A program made the translations under genes and the position numbers. DNA of 62,138 bases from Burkholderiales bacterium (GTDB taxonomy: Bacteria; Pseudomonadota; Gammaproteobacteria; Burkholderiales; SG8-39), in assembly GCA_035500055.1 (NCBI GenBank), contig DATJXO010000051.1, positions 1 through 62,138 of the forward strand, given 5' to 3'. The notes beneath the pieces were generated by a model. The model had not been told where the DNA came from. It made no database searches and saw only the letters and a program-made list of their open reading frames with translations. Shown here one piece after another: positions 46,405 to 56,125 of this stretch. Position 1 is the first letter of the stretch. Each line of letters starts with the position of its first letter.

Positions 46405-47781
46405 ATGGTAAGGACCAAGTCGAAAGTCGCTGCGCGGGCAGGACGCGTCGCCGCGTCGCGCCGCAAGTTCCTAAAGCATGCCGGCGCGGGCGCGGGAATC
46501 GCCGCGCTCGGTTCCACGTCCGCGGCGTCGTTCATATTCGTGCGCGATGCGCTGGCCGCCGACAAGGCGCTGTCGATCGTGCAGTGGAGCCACTTCGTCC
46601 CGGAATACGACACCTGGTTCGACAAGTTCGCCAAGGAGTGGGGCGAAAAGAACAAGGTCTCGGTCACGGTCGACCACATCCCGGTGCAGGACATTCCGGC
46701 GCGCGCGGCCGCCGAGGCGTCGGCCGGATCGGGGCACGATCTGTTCGGGTTCAACGGCTCCGGCGGCGCGCACCTCTACCGCAAGTTCTTCATCAACGTC
46801 GCCGACCTGGTGAAGGAAACCGAGAAGAAATACGGCAAGGTTACGACCATCGGCAAGCAGCTCGGCTACAACGCCGACGACGGCAGCTGGTCCGCCTTCC
46901 CCGATTTCTACATCAACTTCCCGGGCATGTACCAGAAGAGCCTGTGGGGCGAGATCGGAATGGTCCCCGATACGTGGGAAAACCTCCGCAAGGGCGGCGC
47001 CAAGCTGAAGGCGAAAGGCCACCCGGTCGGCATCCCGCTCGGCCACAGCAACGACCCGAACGCGAACTGGCGCGGCCTGTTGTGGAGCTTCGGCGCCGCC
47101 GTTCAGGACGAGCATGGCAAGCGAATCACCCTCAACAGCAAGGAGGCGGTCGAGGCAGTCAAGTTTGCCGCCGCGCTCTACAAGGAGACGATGACCACGG
47201 ACGTGCTGTCCTGGAACGATTCCAGCAACAACCAGTACATCGACTCGGGCGTCGGCTGCTACATCATCAACCCGATCTCGGCCTACCGCACGGCGCAGAA
47301 GCTCAACAAGAAGCTGGCCGACGACATCTTCGTCATCGAGCCGCCCAAGGGCCCCGTGAAGCAGATGATGGGTGCCGCATCCGAGTTCTACGGCATCTGG
47401 AAATTCGCCAAGAACCAGGAAGCGGCGAAGGAGTTCCTCAGGCACTATTCGGCGAACTGGCGCGAGGCGTTCACGGCGAGCGAGGGCTACAACAACCCGT
47501 GCTTTGCCGGGCTGGTGCCGAAGCCGATGCCGATCCTGTCGAACGATCCGACCTCGACGCCGCACGACAAGCTCGCCATCCTGCAGGACTCGGACAAGTG
47601 GTCCGCCATCCCGGGCTATCCGGGGCCGGCGACGCCCGCGATGGACGAGATCTACTACGCGTTCATCATCCCCGACATGATGGCCAAGGCGGCGACGGGT
47701 GCGCTGAGCCCGGCGGAGTCCGTGAAATGGGCGGCGGGCCAGTGCGAAGCCATCTTCAAGAAATGGGCCGGCAAAGCCTGA
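46405..47781 (+). CDS. ABC transporter substrate-binding protein (family 1) with a Tat-type signal
   Basis: 458 aa with SRRKFLKHAGAGAGIAALGS twin-arginine signal and a GGAGGAGGG RBS upstream. Confidence 0.85.
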   Translation: MVRTKSKVAARAGRVAASRRKFLKHAGAGAGIAALGSTSAASFIFVRDALAADKALSIVQWSHFVPEYDTWFDKFAKEWGEKNKVSVTVDHIPVQDIPARAAAEASAGSGHDLFGFNGSGGAHLYRKFFINVADLVKETEKKYGKVTTIGKQLGYNADDGSWSAFPDFYINFPGMYQKSLWGEIGMVPDTWENLRKGGAKLKAKGHPVGIPLGHSNDPNANWRGLLWSFGAAVQDEHGKRITLNSKEAVEAVKFAAALYKETMTTDVLSWNDSSNNQYIDSGVGCYIINPISAYRTAQKLNKKLADDIFVIEPPKGPVKQMMGAASEFYGIWKFAKNQEAAKEFLRHYSANWREAFTASEGYNNPCFAGLVPKPMPILSNDPTSTPHDKLAILQDSDKWSAIPGYPGPATPAMDEIYYAFIIPDMMAKAATGALSPAESVKWAAGQCEAIFKKWAGKA

Positions 47782-47804
47782 TCCAATAAAGGCAATGTGC
47801 GGGA

Positions 47805-47836
47805 CGCCGCGCCGCCGAGGGATCGGCGGTGCGGCG
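47805..47836 (+). repeat. intercistronic GC-rich hairpin (14-bp stem, GGGA loop)
   Basis: CGCCGCGCCGCCGA-GGGA-TCGGCGGTGCGGCG with one G-U pair. It lies between the binding-protein and ATPase genes. No U-tract follows. Confidence 0.5.
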
Positions 47837-47863
47837 GGCTTCGGCTGAAATCCTGGAGGCTCA

Positions 47864-48889
47864 ATGGCTTCGGTATCGACCAGGGACATCATCAAGAAAT
47901 TCAGTGATGTCCCCGCCGTAAACGGCATCAGCCTGACGGTGCCGGACGGGGAGTTCATGGTGTTGCTGGGGCCGTCGGGCTGCGGCAAGACCACCTATCT
48001 GCGCATCATCTGCGGCCTGGAGAAGCAGACCAGCGGCGATCTTCTGATCGGCGACGACATCGTCAACGACATTCCGCCGCGCGCCCGCGGCGTGGCCATG
48101 ATGTTCCAGAGCTACGGCCTGTATCCGCATTTCACGGTCCGCAACAACATCGCCTTCCCGCTGAGGACGCAAAGCGTCCCGCGGGCGGAAATCGACAAGA
48201 AGGTCGAGTGGGCATCGCAGCTGCTGGGCATCGCGCATCTGCTCGAGCGGCGGCCGCGGCAGCTTTCGGGCGGGGAGCGCCAGCGCGTCGCGCTGGCGCG
48301 CGCGCTGGTGCGCGAGCCGACCGTGCTGCTGCTCGACGAGCCGCTCTCGAATCTGGACGCCAAGCTGCGCGCTTCCGCGCGCATGGAGATCAAGCAGTTC
48401 CAGCAGCGCGTCGGCGTCACCACCATCTACGTCACCCACGACCAGGTCGAGGCGATGGGCATGGGCGACCGCATCGCCGTCATCGACCATGGGCAGGTGC
48501 GCCAGGTCGGAACGCCGACCGAGATCTACGACGACCCCGCCGACCGCTTCGTCGCCACCTTCGTCGGCACGCCGCCGATGAACATCGTGGCGCGCAACGG
48601 CGGCTACCTGGGCTTCCGGCCGGAGAACTTCCTGCCCAAGGACATGATCGCCGGCGAGGCCTGTACCGAATTCAAGTTCCGCGTCGACCGATCCGAATAT
48701 CTCGGCTCCGAGCGCATCGTTTACGGCGCGCTGGAGGGGTTGGACCCCGGCCAGGTGGTCACGGCGAAGCTGCCTCCCGCGCACGTCGCGGACGAATGGA
48801 TCCGGCCCGGCGAGTGGCATGCCTTCGCAGTGCGCAACAGCGCACTGCGAAACTTCGACAAAGAAGGCAAGCGGGCCCACCGCAGCTAG
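47864..48889 (+). CDS. ABC transporter ATP-binding protein (MalK/UgpC-like)
   Basis: 341 aa with Walker A GPSGCGKTT, signature LSGGERQRVALARAL, Walker B LLLDEP, and a C-terminal TOBE-like domain. Confidence 0.9.
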   Translation: MASVSTRDIIKKFSDVPAVNGISLTVPDGEFMVLLGPSGCGKTTYLRIICGLEKQTSGDLLIGDDIVNDIPPRARGVAMMFQSYGLYPHFTVRNNIAFPLRTQSVPRAEIDKKVEWASQLLGIAHLLERRPRQLSGGERQRVALARALVREPTVLLLDEPLSNLDAKLRASARMEIKQFQQRVGVTTIYVTHDQVEAMGMGDRIAVIDHGQVRQVGTPTEIYDDPADRFVATFVGTPPMNIVARNGGYLGFRPENFLPKDMIAGEACTEFKFRVDRSEYLGSERIVYGALEGLDPGQVVTAKLPPAHVADEWIRPGEWHAFAVRNSALRNFDKEGKRAHRS

Positions 48890-48903
48890 GACGGATCGTT
48901 CCG

Positions 48904-49833
48904 ATGGCCGCAATCGCCGAATCCGTTCCCAAGCCGGCCTCCCGCTTCCGCTTCATCCTGGACCGGCGCGACGTGCTCGGCACGATATTCATCGCGCCGG
49001 CGGTCCTCTATGTCCTGCTGCTGGTCGGCGTGCCGCTGCTGCTTGCGGTGTATTACTCGGTCAGCGCCTATACGATCTACAACCCCACGTGGCAGTTCGT
49101 CGGCCTGGCGAATTTCTCGGAGCTCGTGCGGGACCCAGTCTTCCAGAAGACGCTGACGAACACCTTCATCCTGACGTTCGGATCGCAGATTCTCGGCCTC
49201 GTCCTCGGCAAGTTCGGAGCGCTGCTGCTGATGCGGCCGTTCCCGGGGCGCAAGCTCGTCAGGGCGATCATCATATTGCCCTGGGCCGTGCCAATCGCGC
49301 TCGCCACGGTCGCCTGGCAGTGGATGTTCGACTCGCTCTACAGCGTCATCAACTGGACGCTGATCGCGCTCGGCCTCATCACGCGCTCTCAGGCGCCCAA
49401 CTGGCTGGGCACGCCGGACCTGGCGATGCTGTCGGTGATCGTCGTCAACGCCTGGCGCTTCTTCCCGTTCGCCATCGTCATCTTCCTCGCCGGCATCACC
49501 GCGGTGCCGCAGGACGTGCTCGACGCCGCGACCGTGGACGGCGCCGGCTTCTGGCGGCGCAACTACCAGATCATCGTGCCGATGATCCTGCCGATCGTGG
49601 CCATCGGCCTGATTTTCGGCATAGTGTTCACGTTCACCGATCTCTCCGTCGTCTTCCTGATGACCATGGGCGGCCCCGTGGACGCGACCTCGGTGCTCGG
49701 CTTCAAGGGCTTCCAGGTCGGCATCGTTTCAGGCGACGTGTCGCATGGCGCCGCCATTTCGCTGTTCATGCTGCCGGTGCTGCTCGTGGTGGTGATCTTC
49801 ATGCTGCGCTTTATCCGGCGGCGGGAGATCTGA
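48904..49833 (+). CDS. ABC transporter permease (MalF/UgpA-like)
   Basis: 309 aa from ATG 48904 with six TM segments and the EAA-type loop DAATVDGAGFWRRNYQIIVP. Confidence 0.85.
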   Translation: MAAIAESVPKPASRFRFILDRRDVLGTIFIAPAVLYVLLLVGVPLLLAVYYSVSAYTIYNPTWQFVGLANFSELVRDPVFQKTLTNTFILTFGSQILGLVLGKFGALLLMRPFPGRKLVRAIIILPWAVPIALATVAWQWMFDSLYSVINWTLIALGLITRSQAPNWLGTPDLAMLSVIVVNAWRFFPFAIVIFLAGITAVPQDVLDAATVDGAGFWRRNYQIIVPMILPIVAIGLIFGIVFTFTDLSVVFLMTMGGPVDATSVLGFKGFQVGIVSGDVSHGAAISLFMLPVLLVVVIFMLRFIRRREI

Positions 49834-49835
49834 GC

Positions 49836-50684
49836 GTGCGGCAGGGCGCCCTCGCCAAGGCGGTGCAGGAGACCTCGTTCTATGGGGCGGTCGCGTTCTT
49901 CTTCATCCTCGCCGCGTTCCCGTTCTACTGGATGGTGATCACCTCCTTCAAGACCAATTCCGACCTCTATAACGTTTCCCATATCCCGTTCTGGTTCAAC
50001 GACCCGCCGACCCTCGAGCATTTCCGCTACCTGTTCGAGAAGACCCTGTTCGCCACCTGGCTGCTGAACTCCCTGATCATCGGCCTGTGCGTGGTCGCCA
50101 TCACGCTGGTCACCGCGCTTCCGGCCGCGTACAGCCTGGCGCGGATGACGGGCCGCAGCGGCGAGACCCTGGGGATCGGCATATTCCTGACCTATCTCGT
50201 GCCGCCGACGCTGCTGTTCCTGCCGTTGTCGCGCGTCATCGCGGTGCTGGGCCTGCAGAACTCGATGTGGTCCCTGGTGCTGATCTATCCGACCTTCACC
50301 ATCCCGTTCTGCACCTGGCTGTTGATGGGCTTCTTCAAGGCCATGCCGCCCGAGATCGAGGAGGCGGCCGTCGTCGACGGCTGCAGCCTGTTCGGCGCCT
50401 TCATCAAGATGGCGCTGCCGCTGTCGCTGCCCGGGATCCTGACGGCGGTGATCTTCACCTTCACCTTGACGCTCCAGGAGTTCGTCTACGCGCTGACTTT
50501 CATCTCGTCGTCGAACCAGAAGCCGATCACCCTGGGCGTCGCGACCGACCTCATTCGCGGCGACATCTTCTACTGGGGCGAGATCATGGCCGGCGCGCTG
50601 ATCGCCAGCATTCCGGTGGCGATCGCCTACAACTTCTTCCTCGACCGCTTCATCGCGGGCATCACCGGCGGCGCGGTGAAGTAG
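49836..50684 (+). CDS. ABC transporter permease (MalG/UgpE-like)
   Basis: 282 aa from GTG 49836 with the EAA loop EEAAVVDGCSLFGAFIKMALP. Confidence 0.85.
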   Translation: MRQGALAKAVQETSFYGAVAFFFILAAFPFYWMVITSFKTNSDLYNVSHIPFWFNDPPTLEHFRYLFEKTLFATWLLNSLIIGLCVVAITLVTALPAAYSLARMTGRSGETLGIGIFLTYLVPPTLLFLPLSRVIAVLGLQNSMWSLVLIYPTFTIPFCTWLLMGFFKAMPPEIEEAAVVDGCSLFGAFIKMALPLSLPGILTAVIFTFTLTLQEFVYALTFISSSNQKPITLGVATDLIRGDIFYWGEIMAGALIASIPVAIAYNFFLDRFIAGITGGAVK

Positions 50685-50707
50685 CCGCCCGCGGCTCCGG
50701 GCGAGAC

Positions 50708-50731
50708 AAGGCCGCCCGCGGGCGGCCTTTT
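50708..50731 (+). terminator. rho-independent terminator after the ABC operon
   Basis: AAGGCCGCC-CGCG-GGCGGCCTT, a 9-bp stem and 4-nt loop running into TTTT. Confidence 0.7.
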
Positions 50732-50752
50732 CGCTTCTACGGCATGCGGTTG

Positions 50753-50829
50753 TGGCGCGCCCGGCGGGATTCGAACCCACGACCCTTGGCTTCGGAGGCC
50801 AATACTCTGATCCGCTGAGCTACGGGCGC
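50753..50829 (-). tRNA. tRNA-Arg (anticodon CCG)
   Basis: Reverse complement: GCGCCCG-TA-GCTC-AGCGGATCA-GAGT-A-TTGGC-CTCCGAA-GCCAA-GGGTC-GTGGG-TTCGAAT-CCCGC-CGGGCGC-GCCA. It forms a 77-nt cloverleaf with a 7-bp acceptor stem, a TTCGAAT T-loop, an encoded CCA, and CCG in the anticodon loop. Confidence 0.95.
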
Positions 50830-50906
50830 TCGGCCGCGGACTGCGTCCAGCCGCGGTTTGACGTTAGAATCAACATTTTACCAGCCACCGAGTCAGGGAC
50901 GGGCGC

Positions 50907-51491
50907 ATGGCCGAGCACGACGAGCATTCCTCCTTCATCAAGACTCCGCAGCAGCTGGTGACCGTGGTGCTGCTCGCCTTCGTCGTGCCGATCTTCGGCA
51001 TCGTCATGCTGGTGCACCTCGTCACCGGCGGCCCGCACGCGGAGCCCGAGGCGCTGACGCCCGAGGCGGTGGCGGCGCGGCTGCAGCCCCTCGGCAGGGT
51101 CGTCTTCGCGGGCAGCCCGGAGGCCGCCGCGGAGGGCGCCGTGGCAAGCGCTGCCGCGCCGGCGGCCTCGGCCGCGCCGAAGACGGGCGAGGAGATCGTG
51201 CAGGCCGTGTGCAGCGCCTGCCACCTGACCGGCGCCGCCGGCGCCCCGAAGATCGGCGACAACGCTGCCTGGGGGCCGCGCATGAAGGTCGGCCTGAAGG
51301 ACATGCTCGAGTTCGCCATCAAGGGCAAGAACGCGATGCCGCCGCGCGGCGGCACCAACCTGTCCGACCTCGAGCTCGAGCGCGCCATCGTCTACATGGC
51401 GGACAAGTCCGGCGGCAGCTTCAAGGAGCCGGAAGCGCCCAAGGCCGCCGCCGCGGACGAGGGCAGGGCCAAGGGCAAGGGCAAGAAGTAG
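50907..51491 (+). CDS. membrane-anchored cytochrome c5 family protein
   Basis: 194 aa with an N-terminal TM anchor VTVVLLAFVVPIFGIVMLVHLV, an Ala-rich linker, and the haem site CSACH...GKNAMPPRGG. Confidence 0.85.
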   Translation: MAEHDEHSSFIKTPQQLVTVVLLAFVVPIFGIVMLVHLVTGGPHAEPEALTPEAVAARLQPLGRVVFAGSPEAAAEGAVASAAAPAASAAPKTGEEIVQAVCSACHLTGAAGAPKIGDNAAWGPRMKVGLKDMLEFAIKGKNAMPPRGGTNLSDLELERAIVYMADKSGGSFKEPEAPKAAAADEGRAKGKGKK

Positions 51492-51525
51492 CCGGCACGC
51501 GCCCCCGGCGCGGCCGCCCGCTCGC

Positions 51526-52488
51526 GTGAAGCTCGTTTTCATCCTCGACCCGCTCGAGGAGCTCAAGGCCTACAAGGACACCAGCGTGGCCATGATGCGC
51601 GCCGCCCAGGCGCGCGGCCACCAGCTGTACTACGCGGCGCAGGACGGCCTGCGCTGGCAGGGCCGGGTCCTGGTGGCCGCCGGCCGCCTCGCGCTCACCG
51701 ACAACGACGAGGACTGGTACCGCGCGCACGCCCCGGAGGAGGCGCCGGCGACAGCGTTCGACGCCATCGTGATGCGCAAGGATCCGCCCTTCGACATGGA
51801 ATACCTGACCAGCGTCTGGCTGCTTTCGCAGGCCGAGCGCGAAGGCGCCCGTGTCTTCAACAGCCCGGCGGCGGTGCGCGACCACAACGAGAAGCTCGGC
51901 ATCCTGGAGTTCCCGAAGCTGATCGCGCCGACGCTGGCGACGCGCGATCCCGCGAGGGTGCACGCCTTCATCGACGAGCATCGCGACGTGATCCTGAAGC
52001 GCCTCGACGGCATGGGCGGCGAGAGCATCTTCCGCGTCACGCAGGCCGACCCCAACCGCAACGTGATCGTCGAGACGATGACCGAGCGCGGCGCGCGCAG
52101 CATCATGGCGCAGCGCTACATTCCCGAGGTCAAGGCGGGCGACAAGCGCGTCATCCTGGTCGGGGGCAAGCCGGTTCCCTACGCGCTGGCGCGCATCGCC
52201 AAGCAGGGCGAGACGCGGGCCAACCTCGCCACCGGCGGCCGCGGCGTCGCGCAGCCGCTGTCGGCTCGCGACCGCGAGATCGCCGAGGCGCTCGGGCCGG
52301 TGCTCGCCGCGCGCGGGCTGCTGGTAGTCGGGCTGGACGTGATCGGCGACTGGCTCACCGAGATCAACGTCACCAGCCCGACCTGCTTCCGCGAGATCCA
52401 GGACCAGGCCGGGTGCGACGTCTCCGGCCTGTTCGTCGAAGCGCTGGAGGCGGCGCTGCGGGCCGCGCCCGCCGGCGGCCGCCGATGA
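51526..52488 (+). CDS. gshB: glutathione synthetase
   Basis: 320 aa with a GTG start. ...IVMRKDPPFDMEYL...NEKL...DVILKRLDGMGG...GDKRVILVGG...RANLATGG... is collinear with GshB. Confidence 0.9.
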   Translation: MKLVFILDPLEELKAYKDTSVAMMRAAQARGHQLYYAAQDGLRWQGRVLVAAGRLALTDNDEDWYRAHAPEEAPATAFDAIVMRKDPPFDMEYLTSVWLLSQAEREGARVFNSPAAVRDHNEKLGILEFPKLIAPTLATRDPARVHAFIDEHRDVILKRLDGMGGESIFRVTQADPNRNVIVETMTERGARSIMAQRYIPEVKAGDKRVILVGGKPVPYALARIAKQGETRANLATGGRGVAQPLSARDREIAEALGPVLAARGLLVVGLDVIGDWLTEINVTSPTCFREIQDQAGCDVSGLFVEALEAALRAAPAGGRR

Positions 52489-52892
52489 TCGGCATCCTCA
52501 TCGTCTCGCACGGCGCCTTCGGCGAGGCGCTGATCCATTCCGCCAGCCACGTGCTCGGCAAGCGGCCGGCGAAGGTGCGCCAGGTCGGGGTGACGGTGCA
52601 CGACGAGCCCGACGGCGTACTGCCGCTGGCGCAGGAGCTGGTGCGCCAGCTCGACGACGGCGACGGAGTGCTCGTCTTCACCGACATCTACGGCGCCACG
52701 CCGGGCAACATTGCGCTGCAGCTGCTCGAGCCGGGACGGGTCGAAGGCGTTTCCGGGGTCAACCTGCCGATGCTGATCCGGGCGCTGACATACCGGGACA
52801 AGGGACTCGCGGTCGCGGTGGAGAAGTCGCTCTCCGGCGGCGCCGAGGGCGTGGTACATATGACCGCGGACAAGTGCAATGGCGAGCGCTGA
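52485..52892 (+). CDS. PTS EIIA component, mannose/fructose family
   Basis: 135 aa from ATG 52485 (ATGA overlap with gshB). MIGILIVSHGAFGEAL carries the phosphorylatable His. Confidence 0.85.
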   Translation: MIGILIVSHGAFGEALIHSASHVLGKRPAKVRQVGVTVHDEPDGVLPLAQELVRQLDDGDGVLVFTDIYGATPGNIALQLLEPGRVEGVSGVNLPMLIRALTYRDKGLAVAVEKSLSGGAEGVVHMTADKCNGER

Positions 52893-53148
52893 GCTGCTGA
52901 TCGTCAACAAGCTGGGGCTCCACGCGCGCGCCTCGGCCAAGCTGACGCAGGTCGCGAGCGGCTTCAAGTGCGACATCTGGATCACGCGCAACGGCCGCAA
53001 GGTGAACGCGAAGAGCATCATGGGCGTCATGATGCTCGCCGCCGGCAAGGGCGCGACCATCACCGTCGAGGCGACCGGGGAGGACGCCGACGCCGCGATC
53101 GAGGCGCTGCGCAAGCTGATCGCCGACCGCTTCGACGAAGGCGAATAG
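52879..53148 (+). CDS. ptsH: HPr family phosphocarrier protein
   Basis: 89 aa with the GLHARAS (His15) and KSIMGVMML (Ser46) motifs. Confidence 0.9.
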   Translation: MASAELLIVNKLGLHARASAKLTQVASGFKCDIWITRNGRKVNAKSIMGVMMLAAGKGATITVEATGEDADAAIEALRKLIADRFDEGE

Positions 53149-53157
53149 GGGCCGGCG

Positions 53158-54882
53158 GTGAATTTCGTGCTGCACGGCGCCGCGGTCTCGGCCGGCATTA
53201 CCATCGGCCACGCGCACCTGGTCTCCAGCGCGCGGCTGGAGGCGGCGCACTACGAGATCCCCGAGTCGAAGGTCCAGGCGGAGATCTTCAGGCTCGACGC
53301 TGCGATCGCGCGCGCGCGCCAGGAGCTCGCCGCCGTCGAGAGCCAGATTCCCGCCGACGCACCGGGCGAGTTCGGCGCCTTCATCAACCTGCACCGCATG
53401 ATCCTCGCCGACTCGTCGCTGTCGCACGCGCCGAGGGAGCTGATCCGCGAGCGGCGCTGCAACGCCGAGTGGGCGCTGGTGCAGCAGATGGAAAAAATGG
53501 TCGAGCAGTTCGAGAAGATGGAGGACGCCTACCTGCGCGAGCGGCGCCAGGACATCGAGCAGGTGGTGGAGCGGGTGCTGAAGGCGCTCGGCGGCGGCCG
53601 GGGGTCCCCCGAGCCGCCCGGCTCGGTGGAGCGCAATCTCATCGTCGTGGCGCACGACCTGTCGCCGGCGGACATGATCCTGTTCAAGCGCCACCGCTTC
53701 GGCGGCTTCGTCACCGACGCCGGCGGCGTGACCTCGCACACCGCGATCGTGGCGCGCAGCCTCAACATCCCGGCGCTGGTGGGGCTGCACCACGCGCGCG
53801 ACATGGTCCGCGAGAACGACGTCCTGATCGTCGACGGCATCCAGGGCGTGCTGGTGGTCGATCCGGACCCGCTGGTGCTCGCCGAGTACCGGCTGCGGCA
53901 GTCGCAGCACGAGCTCGAGCGGCAGAAGCTCAAGCGCCTGCGCTCGACGCCCTCGGCGACCTTCGACGGCACGCCGGTGGAGCTGTTCGCCAACATCGAG
54001 CTGCCGCAGGACATGGCGGACGTGCACGAGTCGGGCGCGCAGGGCATCGGCCTGTTCCGCACCGAGTTCCTGTTCATGAACCGCCGCGAGCTGCCGTCGG
54101 AGGACGAGCAGTTCGAGGCCTACCGCGAGGTGGCGCGCGCCATGGAGGGGCGGCCAGTCGTCATTCGCACCCTCGATATCGGCGCCGACAAGGCCTTTTC
54201 CGACGGCATCGCCGAGATGCCCAACCCGGCGCTCGGCCTGCGCGCGATCCGCTACTGCCTCGCCGAGCCGCAGCTGTTCCTGGTCCAGCTGCGCGCCATC
54301 CTGCGCGCCTCCAGCTACGGCCGCGTCAGGATCCTCCTGCCCATGCTCGCGCACGCGCACGAGATCGAGCAGTCGCTCGCGCTGCTGGCGCAGGCGCGGC
54401 AGCAGCTCGAGGCCAAGGCCGTCGCATTCGACCGCGGCGTCCAGGTCGGCGGCATGATCGAGGTGCCGGCCGCGGCGCTCGCGCTGCCGATGTTCATGCG
54501 CAAGCTGGATTTCCTCTCGCTCGGCACCAATGACCTGATCCAGTACACGCTGGCGATCGACCGTACCGACGACGCGGTGGCGCACCTTTACGATCCCCTG
54601 CATCCGGCGGTGCTGCACCTGATCGCGCACACGATCCAGGCCGCGAACCGCGGCGGCACGCCGGTCGCGGTGTGCGGCGAGATGGCGGGCGAGCCGCTGC
54701 TGACGCGGCTCCTGCTCGGCTTCGGCCTGCGCAACTTCTCCATGCACCCGCAGCAGCTGCTGGCGATCAAGGAGCGCGTTCTGCGTACCAACCTCGCCGA
54801 GGCGCAGCCCCTCGCGCAGCGCGTGCTGCGCCAGACCGACCCGGCGAAGACCCGCGAGCTGCTGGCGAAACTCAACAGCTGA
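53158..54882 (+). CDS. ptsI: phosphoenolpyruvate--protein phosphotransferase (Enzyme I)
   Basis: 574 aa with a GTG start, active-site GGVTSHTAIVARS, and the PEP-utilising C-terminal barrel GTNDLIQY. Confidence 0.9.
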   Translation: MNFVLHGAAVSAGITIGHAHLVSSARLEAAHYEIPESKVQAEIFRLDAAIARARQELAAVESQIPADAPGEFGAFINLHRMILADSSLSHAPRELIRERRCNAEWALVQQMEKMVEQFEKMEDAYLRERRQDIEQVVERVLKALGGGRGSPEPPGSVERNLIVVAHDLSPADMILFKRHRFGGFVTDAGGVTSHTAIVARSLNIPALVGLHHARDMVRENDVLIVDGIQGVLVVDPDPLVLAEYRLRQSQHELERQKLKRLRSTPSATFDGTPVELFANIELPQDMADVHESGAQGIGLFRTEFLFMNRRELPSEDEQFEAYREVARAMEGRPVVIRTLDIGADKAFSDGIAEMPNPALGLRAIRYCLAEPQLFLVQLRAILRASSYGRVRILLPMLAHAHEIEQSLALLAQARQQLEAKAVAFDRGVQVGGMIEVPAAALALPMFMRKLDFLSLGTNDLIQYTLAIDRTDDAVAHLYDPLHPAVLHLIAHTIQAANRGGTPVAVCGEMAGEPLLTRLLLGFGLRNFSMHPQQLLAIKERVLRTNLAEAQPLAQRVLRQTDPAKTRELLAKLNS

Positions 54883-54908
54883 AGACAGGGTCGGACCCCA
54901 TTTTTCCC

Positions 54909-56108
54909 ATGGCAGGGCCACTCGACGGCATCCGCATCCTCGACCTCACCACCGTGGTGATGGGTCCCTATGCGACGCAGATCCTCGCCGACCTCGGCGC
55001 CGACGTAGTGAAGCTGGAGCCGCCGGAGGGCGACGTCATGCGGCACAACGCGCCGATGCGCGCGCGCGGCATGGGGCACATCTTCATGAACGCGAACCGC
55101 AACAAGCGCTCGATCGTGCTCGACCTGAAGACGGAGGAAGGGCGCGCGGCCTGCCTCGCGCTGGCGAAGGGCGCCGACGCGCTGGTCTACAACATCCGCC
55201 CGCAGGCGATGGAGCGGCTCGGGCTCGGCTATGAGGCGCTGCGGGCCGCCAACCCGCGCCTGCTCTACGTCGGCGCCTACGGGTACTCGCAGCGCGGGCC
55301 GTACGCGGCCAAGGCCGCCTACGACGACCTGATCCAGGGTGCGGTCGGCCTGCCCTGGCTCTACCGCGAGGCGGGGGGCGCGGCACCGCGCTATCTGCCC
55401 GCGATCGTCGCCGACCGCTCGACCGGGCTGCACCTCGCCAACGCGGTCTGCGCGGGCCTGTACTGGCGCGAGAAGAGCGGGCGCGGCCAGAGGATCGACG
55501 TGCCGATGTTCGAGAGCCTGCTGCAGCTGGTGCTCGGCGAGCACCTCGCCGGCGAGACCTACCTTCCCGCCGAGGGCGGCCTCGGCTACGGCCGCATGCT
55601 CGCCAAGGGACGCCACCCGTACAAGACCCGCGATGGCTATGTCTGCGTGCTGGTCTACAACGACAAGCAGTGGCGCGAGTTCTTCGCCCTCATCGGGCGG
55701 CCGGAGCTCGCCGCGGACCCGCGCTTCGCGACGCAGGAGGCGCGCAGCCGGGACTTCGAATCCGCGTACGCGCTGATCGCGGCGGAGATGAGGAAGCGCA
55801 CCACCGCCGAGTGGCTCGCGTCGCTGGAGGCCGCCGACATTCCGGTCCAGCGCATGAACTCGCTCGCCGACATCCTCGCCGACCCGCACCTCGCGGCGAT
55901 CGGGTATTTCCGCGAAGTCGAGCATCCCAGCGAGGGCCGCATCCGGGCGATGGCGGTGCCGTCGGAGTGGTCCGAGTCGGCGCCCGAGTACCGGCGCCAC
56001 GCGCCGCGCCTCGGCGAGCACACGCGGGAGCTGCTGCGAGAGGCGGGCTACAGCGACACGGCGATAGACGGCATGATTGCGTCCGGGGCCGCGCGCGCCG
56101 GCCCTTGA
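54909..56108 (+). CDS. CaiB/BaiF family III CoA-transferase
   Basis: 399 aa from ATG 54909 with GIRILDLTTVVMGPYATQILADLGADVVKLEPPEGD, the hallmark N-terminus. Confidence 0.85.
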   Translation: MAGPLDGIRILDLTTVVMGPYATQILADLGADVVKLEPPEGDVMRHNAPMRARGMGHIFMNANRNKRSIVLDLKTEEGRAACLALAKGADALVYNIRPQAMERLGLGYEALRAANPRLLYVGAYGYSQRGPYAAKAAYDDLIQGAVGLPWLYREAGGAAPRYLPAIVADRSTGLHLANAVCAGLYWREKSGRGQRIDVPMFESLLQLVLGEHLAGETYLPAEGGLGYGRMLAKGRHPYKTRDGYVCVLVYNDKQWREFFALIGRPELAADPRFATQEARSRDFESAYALIAAEMRKRTTAEWLASLEAADIPVQRMNSLADILADPHLAAIGYFREVEHPSEGRIRAMAVPSEWSESAPEYRRHAPRLGEHTRELLREAGYSDTAIDGMIASGAARAGP

Positions 56109-56125
56109 ACGAGCCGCCAGCCGGG

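Noticed and set aside
44797-50829. Possible genomic island (amidase plus ABC transporter) inserted at the 3' end of tRNA-Arg(CCG). The transporter genes look slightly less GC-biased than their neighbours.
   Set aside because: There is no integrase, no excisionase, and no direct repeat of the tRNA 3' end in the 46207-46404 or 44790 regions. The compositional shift is small and was judged only by eye. It needs a computed GC3 profile before being claimed.
54889-54908. GGGTC-G-GACCC followed by ATTTTT between ptsI and the CoA-transferase gene, considered as a terminator.
   Set aside because: The stem is only about 3-5 bp with an impossible 1-nt loop. The T-run directly abuts the next start codon. 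This is not convincing.
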